Shown here piece by piece: positions 30,608 to 41,633 of a stretch of DNA of 64,000 nt. The stretch is from Candidatus Gottesmanbacteria bacterium (GTDB lineage: Bacteria > Patescibacteriota > Microgenomatia > UBA10105 > UBA927). The notes under the pieces were generated by a model. That model was not told the origin of the DNA. It saw nothing but the letters and a program-made list of their open reading frames with translations, and searched no databases. The position numbers were made by a program, and so were the translations under genes. The first letter of the stretch is position 1. Each line of letters opens with the position of its first letter. Where the stretch lies: positions 116,392-180,391 of the forward strand of contig OY969569.1 of the NCBI GenBank assembly GCA_963701185.1, read 5' to 3'.

Positions 30608-33000
30608 GGAAGTTACTCCGTTTTGAACTGCTGATCGTATGTTTGAGTGCGGCAGTCATAACGTTGTTTGTATTCCGCCAGTTTTTTTTAGAGGGCAAAA
30701 CGTTATTTCCTTCCAATCTTCTCGTGTCTTCGTATTCACCGTGGAAATATGAACCCCCTGCCGGGTACCCCAACGGGCCGCCGAATAAACCCATGGGGTT
30801 TGACAATATCAGACAGTTTTTTCCGAACAGGAACATGCTGAAGGATGCAGTAACAAAAGGAGTTGTGCCGTTATGGAACCCATACATTTACAGCGGAGTA
30901 CCGTTTATGGCAGCGTTTGATACTGCCGTGTGGTATCCGTTTTCACTGGTTGCGTCGCTTCTTCCGCAAGTTATCGGTTGGGATTTTTTGGTCATTGTCC
31001 AGCCGGTTGCCTCAATGATATTCATGTATCTTTTTCTCAAATCACTCAAGTTCAGGCCTCCTGTCGCGGCGTATGGTGCATTTGCATATGCATTTTCCGG
31101 CTGGATGATCGTGTATTGGCAGGAAATATTAGTGCTGGAGCATAGTTTTCTCTGGTTGCCGCTTGCCCTCTATGCATCGAACCGTTTATGGGAGAGGGAT
31201 TCCGACGCCGTGGGGTTTTTCCTTTTAGTTTTTTCGCTGGCGTTTTCCGTATTCGGAGGATTCTTCCAGATGGCGATATATGTATATTGCACCGTCCTGG
31301 TGTGGAATGTTTATCTGTCCGCGGTCCGCAGGAGAATACATATACGGATTTTAGCCGCTATTGCGCTTTCCGTTCTTATCACATGTATTCAGCTGATTCC
31401 TTCATTGGAGGCATTTTTGTCTTCTCCGCGGGGTGCAGCGGGCGGCGCGGACACGTTCCGCCGGGCGCTGCTGCCTTTTCAAAACATCATGACGCTTATA
31501 GCCCCGGATTTTTGGGGAAGTCCCGCCACATATAATTATTTCGGCGGCTCCGGTTTTTATTTTGAAAAGATGATATTTATCGGCGTCATCCCTCTTTTAT
31601 TTGCCGTATACGGGATGTTTGAAATAAAAAAAAGAAATGTATTCTTCTGGACCATTCTTGCACTCGTAACCCTTTCGATGGGATTTGCCCTGCCGACGAG
31701 TTGGCTCCCGTATTATTTACGCATACCTGTCCTTTCCAATTCCTATCCGACGAGGATTTTTGCAGTATTTGCCTTTTTCATGGTAACCCTTTCCTGTTTT
31801 GGTTTGTCCTCCTTCCTGGCGATACCCAACAGAAAACGGTTGGCGGTCATACTTGCAGGTATAACAGCGGTTCTTCTGGCAGGGTGGTTTGTTGTCGCGT
31901 GGGCGGGAATTCATCAAAATGTAAAAGACGACAGTGTTTTCTATGCAACCGTATCTCTCCGTAACCTGCTGATTCCTACATTTTTCGTCTTGTCAGGCTG
32001 GACGATACTCGTTCTCTCTGCATTTTCCAAACGGTATGTGTATATCTGTGTCCTTTTGGCTACGGTAGCATCGGGAGTATATTTTGCGCATAAATACGTG
32101 TATGTCGGAGAAAAAAGATTTGTGTATCCGGATTTGCCTGTTATTACTAAACTAAGTGAACTCGCGGGATTTGACCGCGTATGGGGATACGGGAACGGGT
32201 ATATAGAAAAAAATCTGCCGCAGTATTTCCATTGGTTTTCAACGGACGGGTACGGGAATTTATCCTCGGCCCGGTATGCACAACTCCTTTCGACTATTAC
32301 CAATGGGGGAAAGTTGGGAGCGGCAGTCAGAAGAAGCGACACTGATCTGTTTGCCGCCTCCGAATGGGATCGTTTCGGTTCCAGCAATCCGTACCGGCTC
32401 CGCATGATGTCGCTGTTCGGAGTCCGGTATGTGCTGGAAGCCAAGAGAGGTGAACTGAAAGACAAAATACCGGCCGGTGCACGATTTCCGTCTTCCGAAT
32501 TTACGCTGGTCTGGGAGGATGAAGCGTGGCGCATCTGGGAGTATACAGGCGCTCTGCCCAGAGCAATGTTTACTTCACACTATCTGGTCAGAAAAAACTC
32601 GCAGGAACTTATTGATGCTCTGTATGATCCTTCGGTGAATCTTGCCGAGACGGTTATCCTTGAGCGTGAGCCGGTTTTGCCTTCTGCCGTGTCAACAGGA
32701 TCAGCGACAATTACCTCGTACGGATTAAATACGGTGACGATTGTAACAAATTCTCCGGTATCGGGGTTTGCCGTATTAAGCGACAATTATTATCCCGGGT
32801 GGGTTGCGACGATGGACGGAAAGTCGGCAGACATATATCGCGCAGACTTTACGATCCGCGCCGTTCCGGTGCCGTATGGTGCGCACACCGTTCAATTTAC
32901 GTATATGCCCGTAACATTCCGTATCGGCGCCGCATTAACGCTTGCCGGAATTCTTTTGACTGCGGGCATTGGCTATCACATAGCCAAGAAAAGAGAGTAA
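30604..33000 (+). CDS. YfhO-family GT-C membrane glycosyltransferase
   Basis: LWNPYIYSGVPF, IAPDFWGSPATYNY. C-terminal YYPGWVATMDGKSADIYRADFTIRAVPVPYGAHTVQFTY. Confidence 0.75.
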   Translation: MRKLLRFELLIVCLSAAVITLFVFRQFFLEGKTLFPSNLLVSSYSPWKYEPPAGYPNGPPNKPMGFDNIRQFFPNRNMLKDAVTKGVVPLWNPYIYSGVPFMAAFDTAVWYPFSLVASLLPQVIGWDFLVIVQPVASMIFMYLFLKSLKFRPPVAAYGAFAYAFSGWMIVYWQEILVLEHSFLWLPLALYASNRLWERDSDAVGFFLLVFSLAFSVFGGFFQMAIYVYCTVLVWNVYLSAVRRRIHIRILAAIALSVLITCIQLIPSLEAFLSSPRGAAGGADTFRRALLPFQNIMTLIAPDFWGSPATYNYFGGSGFYFEKMIFIGVIPLLFAVYGMFEIKKRNVFFWTILALVTLSMGFALPTSWLPYYLRIPVLSNSYPTRIFAVFAFFMVTLSCFGLSSFLAIPNRKRLAVILAGITAVLLAGWFVVAWAGIHQNVKDDSVFYATVSLRNLLIPTFFVLSGWTILVLSAFSKRYVYICVLLATVASGVYFAHKYVYVGEKRFVYPDLPVITKLSELAGFDRVWGYGNGYIEKNLPQYFHWFSTDGYGNLSSARYAQLLSTITNGGKLGAAVRRSDTDLFAASEWDRFGSSNPYRLRMMSLFGVRYVLEAKRGELKDKIPAGARFPSSEFTLVWEDEAWRIWEYTGALPRAMFTSHYLVRKNSQELIDALYDPSVNLAETVILEREPVLPSAVSTGSATITSYGLNTVTIVTNSPVSGFAVLSDNYYPGWVATMDGKSADIYRADFTIRAVPVPYGAHTVQFTYMPVTFRIGAALTLAGILLTAGIGYHIAKKRE

Positions 33001-35241
33001 GGTGATAATACTTACGAATACCCCTGCCTGAAATGATTTGGGCGCATAGGTAAAGACAACCGTTGATTCTCCTTTGGGAACGATGACGGCCCGGAACGCA
33101 TAATCAGCTTTGTAGACATCCGTTTTTTTGCCGTTTACCGCAGCAGTCCATCCGGCATCAAATGTATCGCTTAAAAACAGAAGTTGCATAGCATCGGTTT
33201 GCACGGCAATTTTTACCACATTGGGTGTATATGAAATAAGCTGGGCCGTCCCCGTTCCGGATAGAGTCGGGATAGTGTTTCGGTCCTGCTGCTCCACCAA
33301 TACCGTTTTGTCCGGATGGAAATCGCCGGCGAAGAATTGGGTTTCAAAATCAACTGTATTTTTGTACGGCCGGACATCCGGCGTCAGGAAAAACCTGGGA
33401 GCCGCTTTGAGATTCTCATAGACGGTCCAGTCATCTTCATGCCGGACTATTTTGAACCGGTCAACGGGGAACGTATTGTTGTCTTTCGGATTTTCCGAAC
33501 GGTCGATGACATATTTGACCCCCAGAAGATCCATAACACGGAGACGGAAATCATTGCCGGGTAAGTCCCGCTCTCCGTACCCCGGTTGGATTTGCGCATC
33601 GGACCGGGTGGTTCGGTTAAACGTGATCGCGATGTTGCCTGCGCGGCTTGACTGGAGGAATTGGTTGTACCACCGCAGATTCAATGGATCGGTGCCGTCG
33701 GGAGAGTAGATGTTTTCCTGGGTGGCAAAATTCGCCTCAATCCCTGCAGTGCCGTATCCCCAGAAACGGTCAATACCTGTATTTTTCTGAAGATACGAAA
33801 TGAGTTTATTTTCCGGGTACACAAATGATAGGGGGACAAACGGATTAAATTTAATAAAACCGTAAAATAGTTCCGCAATAGCGAGCGGAATGATTGCCCA
33901 AAGGAATATTTTTTTGAATCTTGCCGCAAAGACAATCAATGTCAGTGTGGCAAATATTCCGGTCGGCACGATCATTGCCCGCTTCAGGGGAGCGACGATC
34001 CATAAAACGGACAGAATGACGGCCGTAATGATGAGTGCCTTGAGCGGCAGCTGTTTTGTCTGACGGATTGCGTCATACCCGAAGCCCGCAAGCAGTGAGA
34101 GTGCAAACGCCAGAATAAACAAATTGCGCGTCGGTGTTCCGGTCGAAAGAACCGGCCAGGGGTAGTGGTAGAGTAGTTCGGTAAGCGGCGTACGGACCGT
34201 GATAAGAAGTATCGTGATTGCTGCCCACATAAAAAACGTTTTGTGCAGGGAACGGTGTTTGGAGAATCGTGCGGCAACTGCAAAAAAGAACCCGACAAGT
34301 CCGACGGAAAGAGTTTTTCCGACATAGTCTCCGGTTATATTAGACTTCGTTGCAGGATTGCCGAAAAAATCCTGTACGACAAGAAGCGGCATTTGCCACC
34401 ACTGGACGAGCATATGCTGGATAATGCCCTGATAATCATGAGCCACCCGCGCGGAATTACGGAACAATTCGATGGTAGGAAACAGCTGTGGTGCAGCAAG
34501 AAAAAACGGAATGACAATAAGAAACAGAAGTGACCATGCCCGGCGGATCGCGATATAAATGAAAAGGAATATGAAAAGATTGATAAAATCCTGCGGATGG
34601 CCGGCGGTGATGGCAGCGTAGAGGGCAAAAATAAACAGTATTTTCTGGTAAAGATATAATGTTTGCTGTTTTATTCTCCGTTCAACGAGATATAGGAGGA
34701 GCGGCAGCCACAAAATCGTGTGCCAGACGGTCGTAAACTCCATCCATACATTTGCAAAACCGGAGAAATTAAATAAAAGTGCAGCCAGCATTGATGCTCC
34801 GGAGCTCAAACCTATTTCCGTTGCGAAGAGATAAAGGAATATGGATCCCAGGACGGGCTGTAAGATTACCATTACCGTCCATGCAGCAATTTGCGGCATC
34901 AGGAAATACAGGAACGTCAACGGATACAACGCCTGGGATTGGTAGTTGGCAAGAAGCGGCGCACCCGAGAAATTATACGGATTCCACAGGGGGAATGTCC
35001 CTTGTTTCAAACCCGCAATAACCTGTGTTTTCCACGGATAGAGTTCGCGTAAAACGTCAAAATACTGGTCCTTGCTCGGAACGGCGCCCGCCACATATCC
35101 GCCGTATGACTGATGACGCCATGGCCCGTATTGCGTTAATAGGAGGTCGCCTGCAAACGGAACCTGACCGGATACGAGAGTTTTATAGAAGAAGACAAGG
35201 CATATGCCGATGAGCGCAAGAAAGGGTAAAAATTTTCTCAT
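32935..35241 (-). CDS. YfhO-family GT-C membrane glycosyltransferase
   Basis: LWNPYNFSGAPL, QDFFGNPATKSN. C-terminal FDAGWTAAVNGKKTDVYKADYAFRAVIVPKGESTVVFTY. The 3' end overlaps the 3' end of 30604 by 66 nt. Confidence 0.75.
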   Translation of the reverse strand: MRKFLPFLALIGICLVFFYKTLVSGQVPFAGDLLLTQYGPWRHQSYGGYVAGAVPSKDQYFDVLRELYPWKTQVIAGLKQGTFPLWNPYNFSGAPLLANYQSQALYPLTFLYFLMPQIAAWTVMVILQPVLGSIFLYLFATEIGLSSGASMLAALLFNFSGFANVWMEFTTVWHTILWLPLLLYLVERRIKQQTLYLYQKILFIFALYAAITAGHPQDFINLFIFLFIYIAIRRAWSLLFLIVIPFFLAAPQLFPTIELFRNSARVAHDYQGIIQHMLVQWWQMPLLVVQDFFGNPATKSNITGDYVGKTLSVGLVGFFFAVAARFSKHRSLHKTFFMWAAITILLITVRTPLTELLYHYPWPVLSTGTPTRNLFILAFALSLLAGFGYDAIRQTKQLPLKALIITAVILSVLWIVAPLKRAMIVPTGIFATLTLIVFAARFKKIFLWAIIPLAIAELFYGFIKFNPFVPLSFVYPENKLISYLQKNTGIDRFWGYGTAGIEANFATQENIYSPDGTDPLNLRWYNQFLQSSRAGNIAITFNRTTRSDAQIQPGYGERDLPGNDFRLRVMDLLGVKYVIDRSENPKDNNTFPVDRFKIVRHEDDWTVYENLKAAPRFFLTPDVRPYKNTVDFETQFFAGDFHPDKTVLVEQQDRNTIPTLSGTGTAQLISYTPNVVKIAVQTDAMQLLFLSDTFDAGWTAAVNGKKTDVYKADYAFRAVIVPKGESTVVFTYAPKSFQAGVFVSIITLLSFLGYVIANARSQKNSGKR

Positions 35242-35276
35242 GCTATAATGATAGGGTTATCATACATGACAGGCAT

Positions 35277-36896
35277 ATGTTTTCCAAGACGTTGTTTATA
35301 GGCATTATTGTACTCTCTATTTTTTTCCGGTTTTGGCAACTTGGTACCGTACCTGATGGATTCCATGTCGATGAAGCGTCCGTGGGGTACAACGCGTATT
35401 CGTTGATGAAAACAGGACGGGATGAATCCGGTGTTTTTCTTCCTCTTACGTCGCGGGGCCTGAATGATTTTGGAGGCACCATCGGCTCATATATCACCAT
35501 TCCGTTTATTTATCTTTTCGGTCTTACCCAGTGGGCCGTGCGTGCTCCGACGGCGGTATTCGGCGTTCTGTTCGTACTTTTAACGTATGCGTTTGTATAC
35601 CGCATATCCAACAACCGCAGTGCGGCGCTCCTGTCTATGGCGCTTGCCGCTGTTTCGCCCGTAGGAATATTGCTGTCCAGAGCTCAAAGCGTTCTTGTCG
35701 GTTTCGTTATTTTTTACGGCGCAGCCTATTTGTGGCTTCTGTGGGCCCAAAAGCGGTCTTTTTGGTACCTGGGGTTGTCACTGTTGGGTATTGCGGTAAG
35801 TTTTTACACATATACGGGCATCCGGCTTTTTGCATTGCCTTTTTTATTACTGATGACTGTATGGCATTGGCGCACATTGGACAAACGATTGAGAGTTACC
35901 GCTGCGGCATTTTTTCTGATTATCGCTCTTTTTGTCGCCGGCTTGTTTTTTTCCCCGGCAGGCCGCCGGTTTTCGCAAATTAGCGTTTTTTCGACCCAAA
36001 ATGTCCAGTTGCCCCTGGATGAGGAAATACGTGAAGACGGCGCCCAGCATCAGCCGATACTGGTGACCCGCATGATTCACAATAAAGCGACTGCATACGG
36101 CCGGTTTTTTCTCACAAATTTCACGGATCATTTGAGTTTCCAGTTCTTATTTTTGCAGGCGAGCCAGCCGTTGCGTGAGAAGGTCCCCAACGCGGGAGTA
36201 TTGCTTCTTATTGAAGGCCCGTTTTTGTTGATCGGCATATATACGGTGATCAGGAAAAAATTATCGTACGGGGTATACAGCATTGTGTGGTTTCTGCTGG
36301 TTCCCGCGGTTATGAGCGTGGGAAGCGAAGAAACGCCGAACATTCACAGATTCTTTCTTGCCATGATTCCGGTACATCTTTTGGTGGCATACGGAATTCT
36401 TGCAACCATGCATGCGGTCAAAACAAAATACCGCCGCATACTTGCTTTCGGCCTGATTCTTTTGTTTGCCGTGAATGTCTTTTATTTTCTGCACGAACTA
36501 TTCGTGCACCAGCCGGTGCATGCGCCGATTTACCGGAACGGCGCGGATAAGGAATTAGCCATCTCCATCAGGGATAGGTATAGTTTCTATGACGTGGTCG
36601 TTTCACAGAAGATATTGCCGCATGTCCTCTTTTTTTGGCCGGTTGATCCCGAAACCTATCAGAAAGAAGGATCCCCGAGAGATACTGATTATGCGTGGTA
36701 CCGGAACATATTTTTTGTGGCAGACTCATGTCCGTCGCAGAGGTCCGACCCGGCAATTGCCGCAGTGCGTGCGTCGCGTGTTTTGTATATTGACAGGGCA
36801 GGATGTACCCTTATGAAGGATGATGTCATTATAAAAACCATAAAATATAAAAATACTCTGGATGTGTATTATCTGGTTGAGAAACGGGTGTTATGA
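35277..36896 (+). CDS. GT-C fold glycosyltransferase (PMT/ArnT-like), first of a tandem trio
   Basis: FHVDEASVGYNAYSLMKTGRDESG, AAVSPVGILLSRAQS. Confidence 0.7.
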   Translation: MFSKTLFIGIIVLSIFFRFWQLGTVPDGFHVDEASVGYNAYSLMKTGRDESGVFLPLTSRGLNDFGGTIGSYITIPFIYLFGLTQWAVRAPTAVFGVLFVLLTYAFVYRISNNRSAALLSMALAAVSPVGILLSRAQSVLVGFVIFYGAAYLWLLWAQKRSFWYLGLSLLGIAVSFYTYTGIRLFALPFLLLMTVWHWRTLDKRLRVTAAAFFLIIALFVAGLFFSPAGRRFSQISVFSTQNVQLPLDEEIREDGAQHQPILVTRMIHNKATAYGRFFLTNFTDHLSFQFLFLQASQPLREKVPNAGVLLLIEGPFLLIGIYTVIRKKLSYGVYSIVWFLLVPAVMSVGSEETPNIHRFFLAMIPVHLLVAYGILATMHAVKTKYRRILAFGLILLFAVNVFYFLHELFVHQPVHAPIYRNGADKELAISIRDRYSFYDVVVSQKILPHVLFFWPVDPETYQKEGSPRDTDYAWYRNIFFVADSCPSQRSDPAIAAVRASRVLYIDRAGCTLMKDDVIIKTIKYKNTLDVYYLVEKRVL

Positions 36897-38476
36897 AAAA
36901 AATAGTACTTCTTCTTATCGTTGCCGCGACACTGGTTCTCCGTGTGTATCATGTGACACAGGATCCTCCCGCACTGTCATGGGATGAAGTGTCCATCGGC
37001 TATAACGCATACAGCATCTTGAAAACCGGCCGCGATGAGCACGGGAAATTTTTGCCGTTTGATGCATTTGTCGCCTACGGAGATTACAAGCCTCCGCTTG
37101 CGGTGTATGCGACGGTGCCCTTTGTCGCAATCTTCGGACTCACGGATCTTGCTGTCAGACTGCCGGCTGCATTTTTTGGAACTCTCACGGTATTGTTGAC
37201 GTATTTCTTAGTGAAAGAACTCCTGAAGCGTGACCATTATGCTTTGTTGTCCGCCGCCGTTCTTGCCGTATCGCCGTGGCATATCAATATCTCCCGCGGG
37301 GGATTTGAGGCAAATATCGCGTTGTTTTTTGTCGTGCTGGGGACCTGGCTTGCCTTGTCCGCCGGGTCACATCCGCGCCGGTGGCTGTTTGCATGGCTTC
37401 CCTTCGTTGCCGCCATCTATACATTCAACAGCTCCAGGGTTTTTTCCGTGTTATTTGTGCCCGCATTGCTGGTCTTTCTTTTCCGGGATATTAAAAAGCA
37501 TGTGAGACTATTTATTACCGGCGTTGTTATCGCCGTCCTATGCGCGGCGCCGATCGTGCCGCATTTATTATCTGCCCAGGCGCGCCTCAGGTTTACGGAG
37601 GTAAATATTTTTACCGATCTTTCCGTTGTTGAAACCGCAAACTCCCGTCTTGCCCGGGAGCACGGAAATGTGATCGGTGAACTGGTGAATAACCGGCGGG
37701 TGGGATACGTCCGGAGCTTCCTTATTCATTTTATGGACAACCTTCAGCCGGACTTTTTATTCGTCAAAGGGGACGGGAATCCGAAATTTTCCATTCAGGA
37801 TGTCGGCCAGTTGTATCTTATTGAGGCGCCGTTTCTGGCAGTAGGAATAGCTATGCTCTTTTTATCGAATCCCGGCATTGCAGCACTGCTTATTTGGTGG
37901 ATCATCGCCGCTATTATCCCGGCAGCAACAGCCAGGGAAACTCCCCACGCCTTGAGAATCCTCAATTCGCTTCCCGCGTGGCATATCTTCGTCGCATACG
38001 GGATTCTGTCGATCTACACGTATATCAAAAAAGGCAGGGTTGTTTACGTTTTATTGCTTATAGTCCTCTATCTTTTCAGCATGACCTATTATTTGCACAA
38101 TTATTACCGTCATTATCCGGTTGAGTTTTCCGGAGAATGGCAGTACGGGTACGCGCAGGCGCTCGAGCGTATCGCCCCTATTGCCCAAAACTATGACCGA
38201 GTTGTGATGACGGACAGTATAGGCAGGCCGTACATGTATACGCTTTTTTATACAAAGACGGATCCTGCAGTATACCTGCGGAGCAAAGATTCATATTTCG
38301 ACGCGGAAGGGTTTTATCACGTTAAGGGATTCCTGAAGTATCGTTTCGGGGGGATGCTTCCGGACGAATTTGACGGGAAAACGTTGTATATATGGAATTC
38401 ATTGCCCGAGGGGGCGACACTCCTCGATACGATAAAATTATTAAACGGCAATCCGGTTTTGTATATTTTTATATGA
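36893..38476 (+). CDS. GT-C fold glycosyltransferase (PMT/ArnT-like), tandem trio
   Basis: LSWDEVSIGYNAYSILKTGRDEHG, LAVSPWHINISRGGFEAN. ATGA overlap. Confidence 0.7.
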   Translation: MKKIVLLLIVAATLVLRVYHVTQDPPALSWDEVSIGYNAYSILKTGRDEHGKFLPFDAFVAYGDYKPPLAVYATVPFVAIFGLTDLAVRLPAAFFGTLTVLLTYFLVKELLKRDHYALLSAAVLAVSPWHINISRGGFEANIALFFVVLGTWLALSAGSHPRRWLFAWLPFVAAIYTFNSSRVFSVLFVPALLVFLFRDIKKHVRLFITGVVIAVLCAAPIVPHLLSAQARLRFTEVNIFTDLSVVETANSRLAREHGNVIGELVNNRRVGYVRSFLIHFMDNLQPDFLFVKGDGNPKFSIQDVGQLYLIEAPFLAVGIAMLFLSNPGIAALLIWWIIAAIIPAATARETPHALRILNSLPAWHIFVAYGILSIYTYIKKGRVVYVLLLIVLYLFSMTYYLHNYYRHYPVEFSGEWQYGYAQALERIAPIAQNYDRVVMTDSIGRPYMYTLFYTKTDPAVYLRSKDSYFDAEGFYHVKGFLKYRFGGMLPDEFDGKTLYIWNSLPEGATLLDTIKLLNGNPVLYIFI

Positions 38477-40083
38477 AAAAAACACTTATATTTTTATTTC
38501 TGATTCTTGTTATTGCGGCGGGGTTCCGGTTCTATCAGCTGGGAAGTGTCCCTCCCAGTCCTGATTGGGATGAGGCAGCGCTGGGGTATAACGCATACTC
38601 CATTCTGAAAACCGGCAGGGATGAATACGGAAACTTCCTGCCGTTGTCCATCCGGTCGTTTGATGATTATAAGCCGCCGCTGTACGTATATCTCACGGTG
38701 CCGTCCGTGGCCTTTTTCGGATTGTCCGTATGGTCGACAAGATTCCCTTCGGCTGTCATGGGGCTTGTGGCGGTGCTGGGGACATATTTTCTGGTAAAAG
38801 AATTATTAAAGAATAATGCGCAGGCACTGCTCTCCGCACTCTTATTGGCCATTTCGCCGTGGTCCGTACAGTTTTCCCGCATTGCATTTGAGGCCAATAC
38901 CGGAGTTACCCTGAATATCTGGGCGGTGACGGCATTTCTTGCGGGTCTCAAAAAACGTGTGTTTCTTCCTGTTTCAGCGGTGTTATTTGCGCTCGGGTTT
39001 TATGCATACCACAGTGAGCGGATATTTTTACCGCTGCTTCTTATTATCCTTGCGGTCGTGTACCGCAACCAACTGTTTGTCAAAAAGCACAGGATGTCAT
39101 TGATTGTGAGTATTATCCTCGGTATTCTTGTGGCCGCACCTCTTATACCGGTTGTTTTTAACCGGACGGCGCTTTTGAGGCTGCGCGGGACAAGTTCGTT
39201 CACGGATCAGACGGGGCTCCTGTCCCGCGATATTACGAAACTTGAACAGGATCAACGGGCAGGGGACCGTATCGGTCAGCTTCTGGATAACAGAAGGATC
39301 GTATTTGTTAAAACCGTTGCCGCAGGATATCTCTCGCATTTCTCGCCGAAATGGCTGTTTTTAACGGGTGATAACCAGCGGCACCATGCTCCGGATATGG
39401 GGCTTTTATACCTCTGGGAGCTGCCGTTTCTGATGTACGGAATATACAGGGTGTTGAAGTATGGAAAAGGTCAGGTAAGCGCTGTTCTTATCGGGTGGCT
39501 CCTTATTGCGCCGGTTGCCGCATCTCCCACGACGGGTTTGCCGCATGCCGTCCGCACACTTGTTTTTCTGCCGGTTTTTCAGATATTTACAGCGGTAGGA
39601 TTAGCACATGTTCTTGTCCGACGAAAATTTCTCATGTCGCTGTACGGCATATGTATCGTTTTTAATCTTTTCTATTACTGTGATATGTATTTCGTTCAAA
39701 TGAATCCGGAGGTTTCTGAATACTGGCAGTACGGATACAAAGATGCGGTGGCGTTTACCGAAAAAGTCAAAACCAAATACCAAAAAATTGTCGTGTCCAC
39801 GACACTGGAACAATCCTATATGTTTTTCCTTTTTTACACGAAGTACGATCCGGCAAAGTATCTGGCCGCCGGAGGGACGCAGTCGGGGAGTTTTGAAGAG
39901 GCCAAGAATCATTTCGACAACTATGAATTCAGGAAAATCGATTGGCCCCGGGAACGGAGAGATGGTACGATTCTCTATGTCGGCGATCCTAAAGACATGC
40001 CGCACGGGAATGTGAGGAACTTTACCTTTTTGGACGGTAAACCGGCAATAGAAATGGCCGACCGGCCCAACGGAGCCCTATGA
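38473..40083 (+). CDS. GT-C fold glycosyltransferase (PMT/ArnT-like), tandem trio
   Basis: PDWDEAALGYNAYSILKTGRDEYG, LAISPWSVQFSRIAFEAN. Start at ATG 38473 overlapping the previous stop (ATGA). Confidence 0.7.
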   Translation: MKKTLIFLFLILVIAAGFRFYQLGSVPPSPDWDEAALGYNAYSILKTGRDEYGNFLPLSIRSFDDYKPPLYVYLTVPSVAFFGLSVWSTRFPSAVMGLVAVLGTYFLVKELLKNNAQALLSALLLAISPWSVQFSRIAFEANTGVTLNIWAVTAFLAGLKKRVFLPVSAVLFALGFYAYHSERIFLPLLLIILAVVYRNQLFVKKHRMSLIVSIILGILVAAPLIPVVFNRTALLRLRGTSSFTDQTGLLSRDITKLEQDQRAGDRIGQLLDNRRIVFVKTVAAGYLSHFSPKWLFLTGDNQRHHAPDMGLLYLWELPFLMYGIYRVLKYGKGQVSAVLIGWLLIAPVAASPTTGLPHAVRTLVFLPVFQIFTAVGLAHVLVRRKFLMSLYGICIVFNLFYYCDMYFVQMNPEVSEYWQYGYKDAVAFTEKVKTKYQKIVVSTTLEQSYMFFLFYTKYDPAKYLAAGGTQSGSFEEAKNHFDNYEFRKIDWPRERRDGTILYVGDPKDMPHGNVRNFTFLDGKPAIEMADRPNGAL

Positions 40084-41603
40084 AGAAAAAATTTATTGTT
40101 CCCATTACTATTATCGTTTTTATCTGGGGGATAGCGCTTCGTGCGATAGAGGTAGTCAACGGAAATTATCTTTTCGGATTTGACCAGGGTCGCGATTATC
40201 TGGCTGCCTACAATATCCTCGTCGGTCATAAATTTACCCTCATCGGCGCGGAAGTCGGGGCAGGGGCCGCAGGATTGTCGCATCTGTTCCATGGTCCCGG
40301 ATATTATTATCTTATTGCACTCATGGAACTTATGTTTCGGGGAGATCCGTACGGCGGTTTACTTCTTATGTTCTTTTTTGGCGTTTTGGCGCTTTTGGCT
40401 GTTTTTATTACAACGCGAAAAATGTTCGGTCAGGCCGTTATGCTCGTCACGTTGTTGTTATTGGGTATTTCACCGCTTATTGTTTCTCAGTCGCGGTTCA
40501 TGTGGAATCACCACCCGTCCACATTTTTCATCGTTATTGCATTGTACTTTGCATACATGATTACGAAAAAGCCGCGGATATATGCGCCGCTTGCGGTGTT
40601 TACTGCGGGCTTTATCTATCACTTTGAGCTTGCCATCGCCGTACCGTTTGTGATCGCGCTTGTTCTGGCACTCCCTCTGGTATTCCGCATAAAGGACGTA
40701 CGGACATATGTGTACAGCGTAATCGCCGGTGTGGCGGCGTTTTTTCCGTTTCTTTTATTTGAATCTCGGCACGGGTGGATGGCGATCCGTTCTCTTCTGG
40801 TATATACGACACCCCAGGGACCCGTAGGGAAAGACGTATGGTACCTGCGCATCATCGATCATATGGGTCCGTATATTAACAGCGCCGCAAATTCGTTTCC
40901 GAATGAGCAGGGATTGCTGCCGTTCTATTTTTATAAAGGTCTCTCGCTTGCGCTGGTTGTCGTCCTTATTATGTTGGCCTGGAGAGTGAAGGATAAACTG
41001 CACAGGAAGTTTTTCCGGTTTCTGCTGCTTTTGACGGCCGCTACGTACGGCGTGATGCTGCTTCTCGAGAACATGATTTGGGATTACTATCTTATTCATA
41101 TACACGTCGTATTCATATACATATTTGCATATAGCCTGATACGCAGTTTCCGCATGCTTAGGAAATCATTGTGGTCGCTTTTTGCTTTCGGCGCATTGAG
41201 TATTTTTCTCGTATCCATGATTTCAGCCTCTGCCTGGCGCATGAAAATAAGCTACACATACGATCTTCATGATTTCGGGGGTGTTGAAAAAATTAAAGGG
41301 AAGAAGGCCGCGATTGATTACGTATATCATGATGCAAAAGGTCAGCCGTTTTCAGAATTTACTTTTATGGCGCCTATTTATACGTACCCGTACGATTATC
41401 TGTTTACAACCTATGGGAAACAGGCCTATGGCTACGTGCCGGGGCGTGAGAAAAAAGGGCTTGTGTATCTCATTATCGAGCCGGACGCCTCCAAACCATG
41501 GACGTACAAAGGATGGCTGGAGACGGTTATTGTCGGGGGAGATATTATCAATACCGCTACCATTTCGGCCGGACAAATCATACAGAAGCGAATATTTCCA
41601 TGA
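40080..41603 (+). CDS. GT-C fold glycosyltransferase ('FGFDQGRD' subfamily, intact paralogue of 5031)
   Basis: NYLFGFDQGRDYLAAYNIL, GPGYYYLIAL. 507 aa polytopic protein. Confidence 0.6.
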   Translation: MKKKFIVPITIIVFIWGIALRAIEVVNGNYLFGFDQGRDYLAAYNILVGHKFTLIGAEVGAGAAGLSHLFHGPGYYYLIALMELMFRGDPYGGLLLMFFFGVLALLAVFITTRKMFGQAVMLVTLLLLGISPLIVSQSRFMWNHHPSTFFIVIALYFAYMITKKPRIYAPLAVFTAGFIYHFELAIAVPFVIALVLALPLVFRIKDVRTYVYSVIAGVAAFFPFLLFESRHGWMAIRSLLVYTTPQGPVGKDVWYLRIIDHMGPYINSAANSFPNEQGLLPFYFYKGLSLALVVVLIMLAWRVKDKLHRKFFRFLLLLTAATYGVMLLLENMIWDYYLIHIHVVFIYIFAYSLIRSFRMLRKSLWSLFAFGALSIFLVSMISASAWRMKISYTYDLHDFGGVEKIKGKKAAIDYVYHDAKGQPFSEFTFMAPIYTYPYDYLFTTYGKQAYGYVPGREKKGLVYLIIEPDASKPWTYKGWLETVIVGGDIINTATISAGQIIQKRIFP

Positions 41604-41633
41604 AAAAAATACTGAAGAGTCCGTTTTTTCTGG

